Assembly (NCBI GenBank): GCA_041750655.1
Contig: JBGSYZ010000011.1
Coordinates: forward strand, 65,794 to 129,793
Direction: 5' to 3'
DNA length: 64,000 bases
Origin: Minisyncoccia bacterium
GTDB lineage: Bacteria > Patescibacteriota > Minisyncoccia > Phycocordibacterales > UBA918
This document shows, piece after piece, positions 48,096-56,366 of this stretch. The position numbers were made by a program, and so were the translations under genes. The notes under the pieces were generated by a model. It made no database searches. It was not told where the DNA came from and saw only the letters and a list, made by a program, of their open reading frames with translations. Each line of letters begins with the position of its first letter. Within the stretch, counting starts at the first letter, position 1.

Positions 48096-48131
48096 GAAAG
48101 AGCGGCGTCCGCAAGGACGCCGCTCTTTCTT
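48096..48131 (+). terminator. Rho-independent terminator after topA
   Basis: GAAAGAGCGGCGTCC-GCAA-GGACGCCGCTCTTTC followed by TT. Confidence 0.6.
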
Positions 48132-48171
48132 AACAAAACTTGCCAACTTACGTACACCTCTCTACAATAGT

Positions 48172-49731
48172 TTGGTGACTGAACTAAAAAACATCATTGG
48201 TCAATTAACCTCTCCTTCTGACGAAGACAAGGCTTTAGTTACCAAAGCTTATGAAGTAGCCAAAAAAGCGCATGAGGGTCAAACTCGCTACTCTGGTGAG
48301 CCTTATTTTAATCACGTGGCCGTTGTTGCCTTTAAATTGGCTGAAATGGGTCTTGGACCTCGGACCGTTTCTGCTGGACTACTTCATGACACCCTAGAAG
48401 ATACCGAATTAACTGCCAAAAAAATCAAAGAAGAGTTTGGTGATGAAATTTTATTTTTAGTAGACGGTGTCACTAAGCTTGGCTCGGTACGCTATTATGG
48501 GTCTGATAGACACAACGAAAGTTTGCGCAAGCTGTTTGTAGCGGTCAGCCAAGACATACGGGTTCTTATAATTAAATTGGTTGACCGCCTGCATAATATG
48601 CAGACGCTGGAACATGTGCCCGAAGCCAAGCAAAAACGTATTGCTCGAGAAACGCTCGAGATATATGTCCCGGTTGCTCACCGCATCGGAATGAACAAAA
48701 TCCGTAAGGAGATTGAAGACTTAGCTTTTCCGTACGTCTACCCAGAAGAATACAAACGAGTCCTTGAGCTTATCGAGGGCCGTGTCGCCAAATTAGAAGA
48801 AACCTTAGAACGCGAACGTAAAAATCTTCAAAAAAGACTCGTCGAGAACGGCCTTAAAGATTTTTCTACTTCGTGCCGAGTTAAGGGAATGTATAGTTTG
48901 TACCAAAAACTGATTCGAAAGGAATGGAATATCGACAGTGTGTACGATCTTTTGGCAATTCGAGTCGTCGTGCCTGACACTGAGCAATGCTATCAAGTAC
49001 TCGGAACTATCCACAAAATTTGGCGTCCGCTTCCGAGCCGTATTAAAGACTATATTTCTTTTCCAAAACCCAACGGGTACCGTTCGATTCATACCACAGT
49101 GACTACTCCCAACGGTAATATTTTAGAGATTCAAATCCGCACCAAAGAAATGCATCACGAAGCTGAGTTTGGTATTGCTGCTCATATTATTTACAAACAG
49201 CAAAAATTAGACCGCTTAAACGCCGGTGGAAGTTCTTGGTTCGGTAATCTCGTCCCCTCCCTATTTCGTCCATCTTCTTGGCAACAAAAACAGGCAGTAT
49301 CTGCTGATGACACCGAAAAAGTCCTTCCACATCAAGAAAAGATCCCTCGATGGATTAATGAAATTGGTGAAATGTATACCGACACCACCGACAGCAATGC
49401 CTTCATGGACGATATGCGTAGAGATTTTTTCATGAATCGTATATTCGTCTTTACTCCCAATGGGGATGTTGTTGATTTACCACTTGGGGCCACACCGGTT
49501 GATTTTGCGTACGCTATTCACTCCGAAATCGGTGATCATACAGTGCGAGCTAAAGTAAATAACAAACTAGTCCAGCTTAACTCTGAACTACACAACGGAG
49601 ATATAGTGATTATCGAAACCGATAAAAAGTCAAAACCGACTCCGAAGTGGCTTGATTTTGCGACGACTTCCCTAGCTCGTCGTCGAATAAAAAATCGCTT
49701 ACAAGAAGAAAAAGAAAACTCTAGAAGTTAA
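48172..49731 (+). CDS. rel: bifunctional (p)ppGpp synthetase/hydrolase, short RelA/SpoT-homolog form (HD + synthetase + TGS)
   Basis: HD motif LHDTLEDT. Synthetase region (YRSIHTTV, VVPDTEQCY). TGS domain near the C-terminus (FTPNGDVVDLPLGATPVDFAYAIHSEIG). No ACT domain. Confidence 0.85.
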   Translation: MVTELKNIIGQLTSPSDEDKALVTKAYEVAKKAHEGQTRYSGEPYFNHVAVVAFKLAEMGLGPRTVSAGLLHDTLEDTELTAKKIKEEFGDEILFLVDGVTKLGSVRYYGSDRHNESLRKLFVAVSQDIRVLIIKLVDRLHNMQTLEHVPEAKQKRIARETLEIYVPVAHRIGMNKIRKEIEDLAFPYVYPEEYKRVLELIEGRVAKLEETLERERKNLQKRLVENGLKDFSTSCRVKGMYSLYQKLIRKEWNIDSVYDLLAIRVVVPDTEQCYQVLGTIHKIWRPLPSRIKDYISFPKPNGYRSIHTTVTTPNGNILEIQIRTKEMHHEAEFGIAAHIIYKQQKLDRLNAGGSSWFGNLVPSLFRPSSWQQKQAVSADDTEKVLPHQEKIPRWINEIGEMYTDTTDSNAFMDDMRRDFFMNRIFVFTPNGDVVDLPLGATPVDFAYAIHSEIGDHTVRAKVNNKLVQLNSELHNGDIVIIETDKKSKPTPKWLDFATTSLARRRIKNRLQEEKENSRS

Positions 49732-50827
49732 AATTTCTTAATGAGTACAAATCAGTATCATCACTTTCCTCTGGCTGTTTTGTGTTTTCTGGTTCGTTGT
49801 GAACATCTCCGTTGGTTAAAAATCTAGAAAAATCAGTCCGTGGTTTTTCATCTCCACCAATTGTCACTTCTTCTGAATTGTCACTAAAGTTGTCTTCTTG
49901 GATGGTCTCTTTTTCTTCAGGAGCAAACTCAATTGGTGTATCAGATTCCAATTTTTCTTGCATTTCGATTTCCATATTGGCTACTGCTTCTGCTACCCCA
50001 GCCTCCTGACGTTCAACTATGTCTAAAAGCTTTTCCAAATCGTCATTGGTAAAGTAGTCGATAGTAAGCTTGCCCCCAAAATCTGTTTTCATAATTTGTA
50101 CTCGAGTACCGAGTGTGTCGGTAAACCGCTTTTCAATTTCCAAAAGAATTGGGTCAATACCCCAATCTTTTTTTCGAACTTTGTCGGTCGCAATTTTGCG
50201 AGAAATACGCTCTACTTCACGCACTGATAGTTTCTTAAGAATTGTCTCTCGAAAGACTGTATCTTGCTCTTCTGGACGATCTGAGAGCATAAGAAGAGTC
50301 CGGCCGTGCCCTTCACTCATATCACCACCTTTGATAGCAGTGAGCATGTAGTCTGGTAACTGCAGCAACCGCAACGTGTTGGAAACATACTCTCGAGAAC
50401 GACCCACTTTCTTGGCTACCTGAGCGTGCGAAAGCTGAAACTGCTCGGCTAACTGTTTAAAGGCAATAGCACGGTCGACAGCATCCAGATCCTCACGTTG
50501 AAGGTTTTCGATTATAGCTAGCTCAAGTTTTTCTTGATCAGTCTGTTCACCACTGCGGATGATAACCGGCACTTGCGACAATCCGGCCAATTTGGAAGCT
50601 CGTAAGCGTCGTTCGCCGGCAATAAGTTCGTATTCACTGTAAAAGGTTCCGTCTTCACGTGATACTTCCTTACGAGTTACAGTAAGGGGCTGAAGCACAC
50701 CATACATTCGTACTGATTCAGCCAATTCATGGAGTTTACCCTCGTCAAAATCCCGTCGTGGTTGATACGGGTTCGGGACGATTTTTTCTACCTCCACCCA
50801 ATAAATTGAATCTCCTTGAAATGCCAT
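49721..50827 (-). CDS. parB: ParB/Spo0J-family partition protein with acidic C-terminal extension
   Basis: ParB box GERRLRASKLAGL. An HTH follows. The Asp/Glu-rich tail is about 100 aa. Confidence 0.8.
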   Translation of the reverse strand: MAFQGDSIYWVEVEKIVPNPYQPRRDFDEGKLHELAESVRMYGVLQPLTVTRKEVSREDGTFYSEYELIAGERRLRASKLAGLSQVPVIIRSGEQTDQEKLELAIIENLQREDLDAVDRAIAFKQLAEQFQLSHAQVAKKVGRSREYVSNTLRLLQLPDYMLTAIKGGDMSEGHGRTLLMLSDRPEEQDTVFRETILKKLSVREVERISRKIATDKVRKKDWGIDPILLEIEKRFTDTLGTRVQIMKTDFGGKLTIDYFTNDDLEKLLDIVERQEAGVAEAVANMEIEMQEKLESDTPIEFAPEEKETIQEDNFSDNSEEVTIGGDEKPRTDFSRFLTNGDVHNEPENTKQPEESDDTDLYSLRNFNF

Positions 50828-50995
50828 AACAAAAACAGTCGTTTAAAAAACTTACCTCCGAGCGCCCTACGCTCTACTAATTCGGTCATTATATCATAGG
50901 ACAAAATGTGGGTGTTTATAACTCAAAGATAATCTGGTAGACTCTTGTGACTCGCCTCGGACAAGGATGATTTTGTATCCTTTTGTTCCCATAGT

Positions 50996-51077
50996 GCCGC
51001 GGTGGCGGAATTGGTAGACGCGTACGACTCAAAATCGTATCTCGCAAGGGGTGAGGGTTCGATTCCCTCCCGCGGCA
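50996..51077 (+). tRNA. tRNA-Leu (anticodon CAA), type II with long variable arm
   Basis: Folded by hand: acceptor GCCGCGG/CCGCGGC, anticodon stem TACGA/TCGTA, loop CTCAAAA, variable arm TCTCGCAAGGGGTGAG, T-arm GAGGG-TTCGATT-CCCTC, discriminator A. Confidence 0.8.
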
Positions 51078-51128
51078 CTATGGGTGGAAATGATATACCG
51101 TTCGACAGTCTCCCAGACTGTCTCACCA

Positions 51129-51179
51129 ACTCAAAATCGTATGCTTCACGGCATGAGGGTTCGACCCCCTCCCGCGGCA
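51129..51179 (+). repeat. duplicated 3' portion of tRNA-Leu (anticodon-loop 3' side through acceptor 3' end), diverged in variable arm and T-loop
   Basis: ACTCAAAATCGTA...GAGGGTTCGACCCCCTCCCGCGGCA parallels tRNA positions 34-76. No matching 5' half lies upstream. Confidence 0.5.
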
Positions 51180-51223
51180 CAAATGGATTGGAGAAAAGTA
51201 TTAATTGAAAGTGATGTCTTATA

Positions 51224-51256
51224 AAAAAACCGTGGCGCATGCGCCACGGTTTTTTA
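51224..51256. terminator. bidirectional intrinsic terminator (A-run, CCGTGGCGCATGCGCCACGG, T-run)
   Basis: Read directly. It lies between the tRNA-Leu locus and the convergent pyrE. Confidence 0.65.
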
Positions 51257-51257
51257 G

Positions 51258-51944
51258 TCAAAAGATCCACTTGTCAGTAACCCACGATTCATCGTGGGGA
51301 TTTTCCAGCCATGAACGGATTAAAACTTCATACTCTGTATCAATCATACGTTCCTCGACAGCTGCTTCGAGCATCTGCTTAAAGGTACAGAGAGTGAAAA
51401 CCGCAACCCCAGCTTCATCAGTTTCTTTAATCATCTGAGGAAAACCATATGAGAAGACTGTGAGTGCGGTAGTTACTTTGCAGTTAAGCAGTTCACGCAA
51501 TGGTTTTATTGCTCCAAGCAAGCTCCCCGCAGTGGTGGTCATATCTTCAATCACCAGAGTATTTATATCTCGAAACAAGTCTACATCACCAGCAAACCAA
51601 CTTTGGTCACCATGACCTTTTGGTTCTTTCCTGACTCCCAGATAGGACTTTCCTAAACGTTCTGCCAGTATGGCTGCAAAACCAATTCCGCCAGTTTCAA
51701 CCGCAGCAATGCCTGAAAAAGATTCATTACGCTGTAGAACGAAATTTTGGTATCGATTAATTACCAAGCTTCGAAGAATTTTATTGGACAAAACCTTTCG
51801 GCAGTCACCGTACACTCCTGGAGACTTAATCCCTTTGGAAAACTTAATTCCCTTGCCTTTGGTAAAGCCTGTATAGCCAGACTCAACCAGTTGGTGAGCA
51901 ATCTGTTCTTGTTGTGATGTATTTCCTAATAATGTTAGGCTCAT
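51258..51944 (-). CDS. pyrE: orotate phosphoribosyltransferase
   Basis: Type I PRTase PRPP-binding motif VIEDMTTTAGS. I take the internal Met (MSLTLL...), which is preceded by GGGAGA. The longer ORF is an N-terminal read-through. Confidence 0.75.
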   Translation of the reverse strand: MSLTLLGNTSQQEQIAHQLVESGYTGFTKGKGIKFSKGIKSPGVYGDCRKVLSNKILRSLVINRYQNFVLQRNESFSGIAAVETGGIGFAAILAERLGKSYLGVRKEPKGHGDQSWFAGDVDLFRDINTLVIEDMTTTAGSLLGAIKPLRELLNCKVTTALTVFSYGFPQMIKETDEAGVAVFTLCTFKQMLEAAVEERMIDTEYEVLIRSWLENPHDESWVTDKWIF

Positions 51945-52002
51945 GATAATCTCCCGTGTTTGTTTCTGTGTAAAGACTAGCAGAGAGTAATTGTAAAAAC
52001 CA

Positions 52003-52923
52003 TTGACTTTGCTACACTCGAGTGACATGAATAAACCAAAAATAATCGTCGTAGTCGGTCCGACTGCCTCTGGGAAAACCTCATTGTCTGTAGCACTGGC
52101 ACGGAAGTTTAATGGTGAAATTATTTCCGCCGATTCTCGACAAGTGTACAAAGGATTGGATATCGGTACTGCCAAAGCAACTTCTAAAGAAATGGCGGAT
52201 GTGCCTCATCATCTCATTGATGTAGTCGATATCGACACTACCTACTCAGTCACAAATTTTAAAGTTGATGCCAATGTGGCAGTTAACCGTATTCTTAACC
52301 GAGACAAACTCCCTATTATCGCTGGTGGAACTTTTTTTTATGTTGATGCTCTTCTCGGCAAATCCCCTATTTCTGAAGTACCGCCAAACGAAGCACTCCG
52401 AACGGAGTTAGAAAAAAAAGACAAAAAAGATTTGTACAAAGCTTTAGAAAAACTAGACCCTCGACGCGCAGCTGAAATTGATCCTGACAACAAAAGAAGG
52501 TTGGTGCGTGCGCTGGAGATAATAGCGGCTATTGGCGCTGTACCGAAAAAAGACCCAAGTCCATCTCTTTATGATGTACTCACTGTTGGTATCAAAATAG
52601 ACAAAGAAGAATTGCGAGAGCGATTTAAAAAGCGAGCTGAAGAGTGGCTTGTAGGAGGATTTAGAGACGAAGTAGAAAAACTTTTGGCCGATGGCGTTAC
52701 CCGAGAACGTCTGCAAGAAATCGGATTTGAGTACATGCTGATGCTAGAGTTTATAGATGGTGACATTAGTGAGTCTGAATTTATTCAGAAGTTTATTGAG
52801 AAGAACTGGCAGTACGCCAAGCGACAGCTTATGTGGCTTAAACGGGATCAAAGCATAGTTTGGTTTAATCGAACTGACCGTGACGCGATATTTGAGAAAG
52901 TGCAGTCATTTTTGGCAGATTGA
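52003..52923 (+). CDS. miaA: tRNA dimethylallyltransferase
   Basis: P-loop GPTASGKTS. The following ISADSRQVYKGLDIGTAK is typical of MiaA. Confidence 0.9.
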   Translation: MTLLHSSDMNKPKIIVVVGPTASGKTSLSVALARKFNGEIISADSRQVYKGLDIGTAKATSKEMADVPHHLIDVVDIDTTYSVTNFKVDANVAVNRILNRDKLPIIAGGTFFYVDALLGKSPISEVPPNEALRTELEKKDKKDLYKALEKLDPRRAAEIDPDNKRRLVRALEIIAAIGAVPKKDPSPSLYDVLTVGIKIDKEELRERFKKRAEEWLVGGFRDEVEKLLADGVTRERLQEIGFEYMLMLEFIDGDISESEFIQKFIEKNWQYAKRQLMWLKRDQSIVWFNRTDRDAIFEKVQSFLAD

Positions 52924-53027
52924 TTTAAAGCGGTTTTTTAAGTAGTATGTTGAGCACATAAATAAACCGTGTTTAGTAAGTACATACGGAGATTTGTGCG
53001 TTAAAGAATTTAATTTAAGTTAGAGTG

Positions 53028-53195
53028 TGTACTGCACTCAACTTAAACAATGTGACGGCAAGAGGAGACAAGCGAAAGTTGGGGTAAGTTTTTCACTCAA
53101 CTTAAATTGCGTCCCAGACATTGTCTGCAAGAGGATGTGAGTAAGAGTTGGCGTGCGGATTGCACTCAACTTAAATCGCGCCCCGCGCAATTTAA
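53028..53195 (+). repeat. three direct copies of CACTCAACTTAAA at about 63-68-nt spacing, each followed by a local hairpin, immediately upstream of tRNA-Trp; preceded by an inverted partial copy (AATTTAAGTTAGAGTG)
   Basis: Read directly. Units 1 and 2 also share GCAAGAGGA and end in AGTTGG. Confidence 0.55.
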
Positions 53196-53266
53196 GGGCC
53201 TATAGTTTAGTGGTAGAATGCTGGTCTCCAAAACCAGCGGCCGTGGTTCGAGTCCACGTGGGCCCG
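53196..53266 (+). tRNA. tRNA-Trp (anticodon CCA)
   Basis: Acceptor GGGCCTA/TGGGCCC (one G-U), anticodon stem CTGGT/ACCAG, loop CTCCAAA, T-arm CGTGG-TTCGAGT-CCACG, discriminator G. CCA is not encoded. Confidence 0.85.
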
Positions 53267-53465
53267 CAGCAGCAAAAGAAAATGACCGAAACAGATGTTT
53301 CGGTCATTTTCTTTTAGCAAGCCAACTGCTTGGCTTGCGGCTGCCGCGGGAGGCGGAGCGCTGTGAGAAATTCATTTCTAGAATTTCGAACCGCGAGCCG
53401 GGGTCGAAGGTACTTAGTAGAATCAGAGCAAAGCGAATGATTATACTTAGTAACCTGTGACCGCC
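53267..53465 (+). repeat. tRNA-trailer structured repeat, copy A (terminator hairpin + conserved hairpin AGCAAGCCAA-CTGC-TTGGCTTGC + segment complementary to tRNA-Trp 3' end + about 100-nt conserved tail)
   Basis: Aligned by eye to copies B and C. GGCTGCCGCGGG is complementary to the tRNA-Trp 3' end CCCGCAGCAGC with one mismatch. Confidence 0.65.
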
Positions 53466-53528
53466 ATTGAAAACATCCAGCATACACTGGGTATTTTTTA
53501 CCCCACATATCAGTTCAGAACTTTAGTA

Positions 53529-53556
53529 TTGACAAAATATTATTTTAGTGTATTAT
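53529..53556 (+). promoter_or_regulatory. sigma-70-type promoter TTGACA-16nt-TATTAT driving the small high-GC ORF
   Basis: Read directly. A GGAGCA RBS lies 8 nt before the ATG at 53592. Confidence 0.6.
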
Positions 53557-53591
53557 GTGTTTCAGGTAATACAACGGTAGGAGCACCGACA

Positions 53592-53840
53592 ATGGAAGAT
53601 ACCGACCTCACCATACAGCAGATGGATCGCGGACCCTTCGAGGGCAAGTGGTTCTGTCACCGCAACGAAGGCATGGAGTACCTCCATTCCGACGGCTCGT
53701 GGCAGATGATGGCTGGCAAAACGGCCTACTTCGACTCCGAAGAGGACATCGAGGCCCTGCTCGACCGGCTGGACGAGGACGCCGGACAGGCCTACCTCGA
53801 CTTCCAGGAAGAACAGGTAGGTCGCACGGGCTATCCGTGA
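53592..53840 (+). CDS. hypothetical acidic small protein (82 aa) of atypically high GC; MEDTDLTIQQMDRGPFEGKWFCHRNEGMEYLHSDGSWQMMAGKTAYFDSEEDIEALLDRLDEDAGQAYLDFQEEQVGRTGYP
   Basis: I chose the internal start because it has a consensus promoter and an SD. The GC content is visibly far above the flanks (about 60% by eye, not computed). The overlapping antisense and out-of-frame ORFs here are artefacts of the high GC. Confidence 0.5.
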   Translation: MEDTDLTIQQMDRGPFEGKWFCHRNEGMEYLHSDGSWQMMAGKTAYFDSEEDIEALLDRLDEDAGQAYLDFQEEQVGRTGYP

Positions 53841-53993
53841 TTCGACCAATCGGCTCCCAACAAGCCGTCCACCACTCTTTGAAAGAGTCGGTTGGGCGGC
53901 TCTTTTGTTTTTATGTCACAAACTCCCGCAACACCTGAATACTCGACTTGATACACTCCTTCTCCCTATACAGTTCTGAAAGCCACATTTCTT

Positions 53994-54183
53994 GCCCGCC
54001 GAGGTACAAAAGAAAAAACTGATGCTTAAGCATCAGTCTTTTCTTTTGTAGCAAGCAAACTGCTTTGCTTGCGTGCCTCGGCGGGAGACGGAGACATGTT
54101 TCTTCTCCTTTCAAGATAAGAAATAGTCGAGTCCGGGGAGGAAGTTCTTATGAGCGTAAGCGAATTAGAAACTTGACCCCGCC
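53994..54183 (+). repeat. structured repeat, copy B (no tRNA upstream; the long-range stem pairs GCCCGCCGAGGTAC with GTGCCTCGGCGGG)
   Basis: Same architecture as copies A and C. Hairpin 1 is AACTGATGCTTAAGCATCAGT. The conserved hairpin is GTAGCAAGCAAA-CTGC-TTTGCTTGC. Confidence 0.6.
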
Positions 54184-54209
54184 AAAAATATTATAAAACA
54201 CAAAAATCC

Positions 54210-55298
54210 TTACCAAGCTACGTGAAGGTGAGTACCGCTACCAGCATTGTGTATCAAAGCTTCTCTTGCTCCGTTAGACTTGGCCCACTGCTGAGCAGCT
54301 TGCATTTGTGCTTGTGTCCCCACAAAATCTGCCGCTCGGCCAGTTAAATGGTATGAGGTTGAAACCCCGCCAGCATTGGCATTTTGGGTTGCTGTCCGAT
54401 ATCCGCTAGTAACAGTTAAACCAAAATTATTTGCAATATATTGCACATTACTTACAATACCACTATCAAATTGTCTGCCACTATAACTAGTTAGTGAACC
54501 ACTAGGACTAACTGTAGAAGTAAATCCACTATTAAATACACACGAACCAAATGCGTCAAAAGTATAGCCGGGTGGGCAACTACCCCCGGGTGACTGCAGT
54601 ATCGGCCCAGAAGCAACCACACACGAACCAAATGCGTCCATGGTATACCATTGTGGACACTGGCCTCCTGCTGAAGGTAACACTACCGTTTGAATACACG
54701 TGCCAAATGAATCCATAGCATACCCAAGTGGACAATGACCTCCTGGTGAAGGTAAAACTGACTGCTGCTGGTTGGTTGGGTCAAACGGTTGAACAGCAAT
54801 TACCATTTGCCACTCAGATGATCCAGGCAAAACAGCTGTTCCGTCATTTAATTGAACCTGACTTGAACAAGTAATTTGATTCATTTGATTCCACGGCATT
54901 GGGGAGTTGGTACCAAATTGCACTTCACCGTTTGGCAACAAAGACTTAAGCATCACGTCAATGACAAGCCACGCGGTGAGAATAATGATGAGACCAATCA
55001 GCACGTTGGTCATTACCCCTTTCCCTTTTTTAACTTGTGCGGCATTTCCAGCTGAACTAAGCATAAGCCACCCAGCATATATAAAAATAATTACTGAAAT
55101 TCCGACAGCCAAAACAATGATTATATCAGTGACGTTGTTAGCTAGTTGAACAATCTGACAGGTACCACAATCATCACCCGAACAAGGAACCAGAGGATTC
55201 GTCTGGGCACCAGTACTAAACGGTACAAATAAAACAAAAAGAAAAAAGAAAAAAGAAAATGAGATGATTTTATTTGCTGCAGAAAGTGAACAATACAT
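54210..55298 (-). CDS. secreted peptidoglycan hydrolase: N-terminal Cys-rich two-helix (T4SS/conjugative-pilin-like) domain, three GGxCPxGYxxDxFGxC repeats, C-terminal peptidase M15 (zinc D-Ala-D-Ala carboxypeptidase/endopeptidase) domain
   Basis: M15 motifs SYHLTGRAADF (SxHxxGxAxD) and THLHVAW (HxH). The N-terminal PLVPCSGDDCGTCQIV plus two hydrophobic helices are shared with the adjacent paralog. Confidence 0.6.
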   Translation of the reverse strand: MYCSLSAANKIISFSFFFFLFVLFVPFSTGAQTNPLVPCSGDDCGTCQIVQLANNVTDIIIVLAVGISVIIFIYAGWLMLSSAGNAAQVKKGKGVMTNVLIGLIIILTAWLVIDVMLKSLLPNGEVQFGTNSPMPWNQMNQITCSSQVQLNDGTAVLPGSSEWQMVIAVQPFDPTNQQQSVLPSPGGHCPLGYAMDSFGTCIQTVVLPSAGGQCPQWYTMDAFGSCVVASGPILQSPGGSCPPGYTFDAFGSCVFNSGFTSTVSPSGSLTSYSGRQFDSGIVSNVQYIANNFGLTVTSGYRTATQNANAGGVSTSYHLTGRAADFVGTQAQMQAAQQWAKSNGAREALIHNAGSGTHLHVAW

Positions 55299-55307
55299 AG
55301 GAATTCA

Positions 55308-56366
55308 TTATGGCATCGGAGCTTGGCCCGCCATACCTAGAATGTTGTTTACATAGTTTCTAGTTTCAGCATAGCCGGAGTTGGCTGTACACTGCCACCA
55401 TGTTTGTCCGGGACAGGTCACACTTTGATTGAGTGCCCTTGGGCCACCATTGTAATACGCAAGAGCATTGGCCACATTACCACTACTGGCTTGTAGTCCT
55501 TGTCCAAAGTATGTCACTCCTAGCTGCATGTTTATTTGTGGGTGCGAAGTGAGATATGACTGTATTTGTGAATTGCTCATACCAGATAAATCACAAAGAC
55601 CAGTTTGTGAGCATAGTTGACTTGCAGTGCCTGGCATTATTTGAAAGATTCCAGCTGCTCCCGCGGGACTAATCGCATTAGGATTGTACCCAGACTCTTG
55701 GTACATTTGCGCTTGCAAAATCCTACAGTACGCGCCCAGACCTTGTGAGGAAGCAATGCTACACAACTGTGTCGCATACGGATCATTTGGGTTATAAGCT
55801 ACGCCGGCGGCTGTTGCCAATTGTTGCGGTGTCATTTGTGTCGCATTTAAACCAGTCGCTGTCACTCGGGGCCAGTTACTCGACCCGGGCAGATGTGCAA
55901 TACCGTCACTTAGTGGAACTTGGTTAGAACACGACACCTGATTCCATGGTAACCACTGGCCAGCAGACATCTGGACTTGACCACTATTTTTTAGAAGTGC
56001 TTTCATGCCTGTATCAATAATAAGCCAGGCCACTAACATTAAAATAAGACCGATTAAAACATTCTTAAGCATGTTCTTGGCTCGAGTGTATTCCGATGGG
56101 TTGCCACCAGAGATAAGAAGATTGAATCCTCCCCAGGCTGCGAGCAGGACTACCCCCACAATCATTATCATAATGATAAATCGCAATACCCGGTTGCCGA
56201 GAACCACAATTTGGCACGTACCGCAGTCAGTACCCGAGCAAGGCACCAGGCCGCCTGTATCTCCCACTAGTGTGTTACCAGGAATACTTTGAGCCAAGAC
56301 AAACATTGGCAGTGCCAAAGTTAAAAAACCAAGAAAATATACGAGGCCGCGCTTCATAAAATGCAT
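55308..56366 (-). CDS. secreted peptidoglycan hydrolase: N-terminal Cys-rich two-helix (pilin-like) domain fused to lytic transglycosylase (SLT/GH23) domain
   Basis: SLT motif AQMYQESGYNPNAISPAGAAGIFQIMPGTA (ES...GxxQxM). The N-terminal GGLVPCSGTDCGTCQIV plus two TM helices are paralogous to the upstream gene. Confidence 0.65.
   Translation of the reverse strand: MHFMKRGLVYFLGFLTLALPMFVLAQSIPGNTLVGDTGGLVPCSGTDCGTCQIVVLGNRVLRFIIMIMIVGVVLLAAWGGFNLLISGGNPSEYTRAKNMLKNVLIGLILMLVAWLIIDTGMKALLKNSGQVQMSAGQWLPWNQVSCSNQVPLSDGIAHLPGSSNWPRVTATGLNATQMTPQQLATAAGVAYNPNDPYATQLCSIASSQGLGAYCRILQAQMYQESGYNPNAISPAGAAGIFQIMPGTASQLCSQTGLCDLSGMSNSQIQSYLTSHPQINMQLGVTYFGQGLQASSGNVANALAYYNGGPRALNQSVTCPGQTWWQCTANSGYAETRNYVNNILGMAGQAPMP

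Noticed and set aside
49732-50995. parS (TGTTNCACGTGAAACA-like) sites near parB.
   Set aside because: I could not find a convincing 16-bp parS palindrome in the flanks by eye. The nearest CACGTG lies inside tRNA-Trp.
50923-51270. 115-aa minus-strand ORF at 50923-51270.
   Set aside because: It spans tRNA-Leu, its 3'-half duplicate and a terminator, so it is not coding.
51944-52175. N-terminal 77 codons of the 305-aa pyrE ORF.
   Set aside because: The upstream part has no PRTase similarity and overlaps the miaA promoter region. The internal Met with a GGGAGA RBS gives a canonical 228-aa OPRTase.
52990-53195. Possible CRISPR array upstream of tRNA-Trp (three CACTCAACTTAAA repeats).
   Set aside because: The units are unequal (63-68 nt), the repeat is only 13 nt and the spacers share sequence with one another (GCAAGAGGA, AGTTGG). 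No cas genes are present. The array fits tandem hairpin repeats better.
53562-53938. ORFs 53457-53840 (full 127-aa form), 53562-53849 (minus) and 53648-53938 (plus).
   Set aside because: Long open frames on all strands are expected in a short high-GC segment. Only the frame starting at 53592 has a consensus promoter and SD, and the others overlap it.
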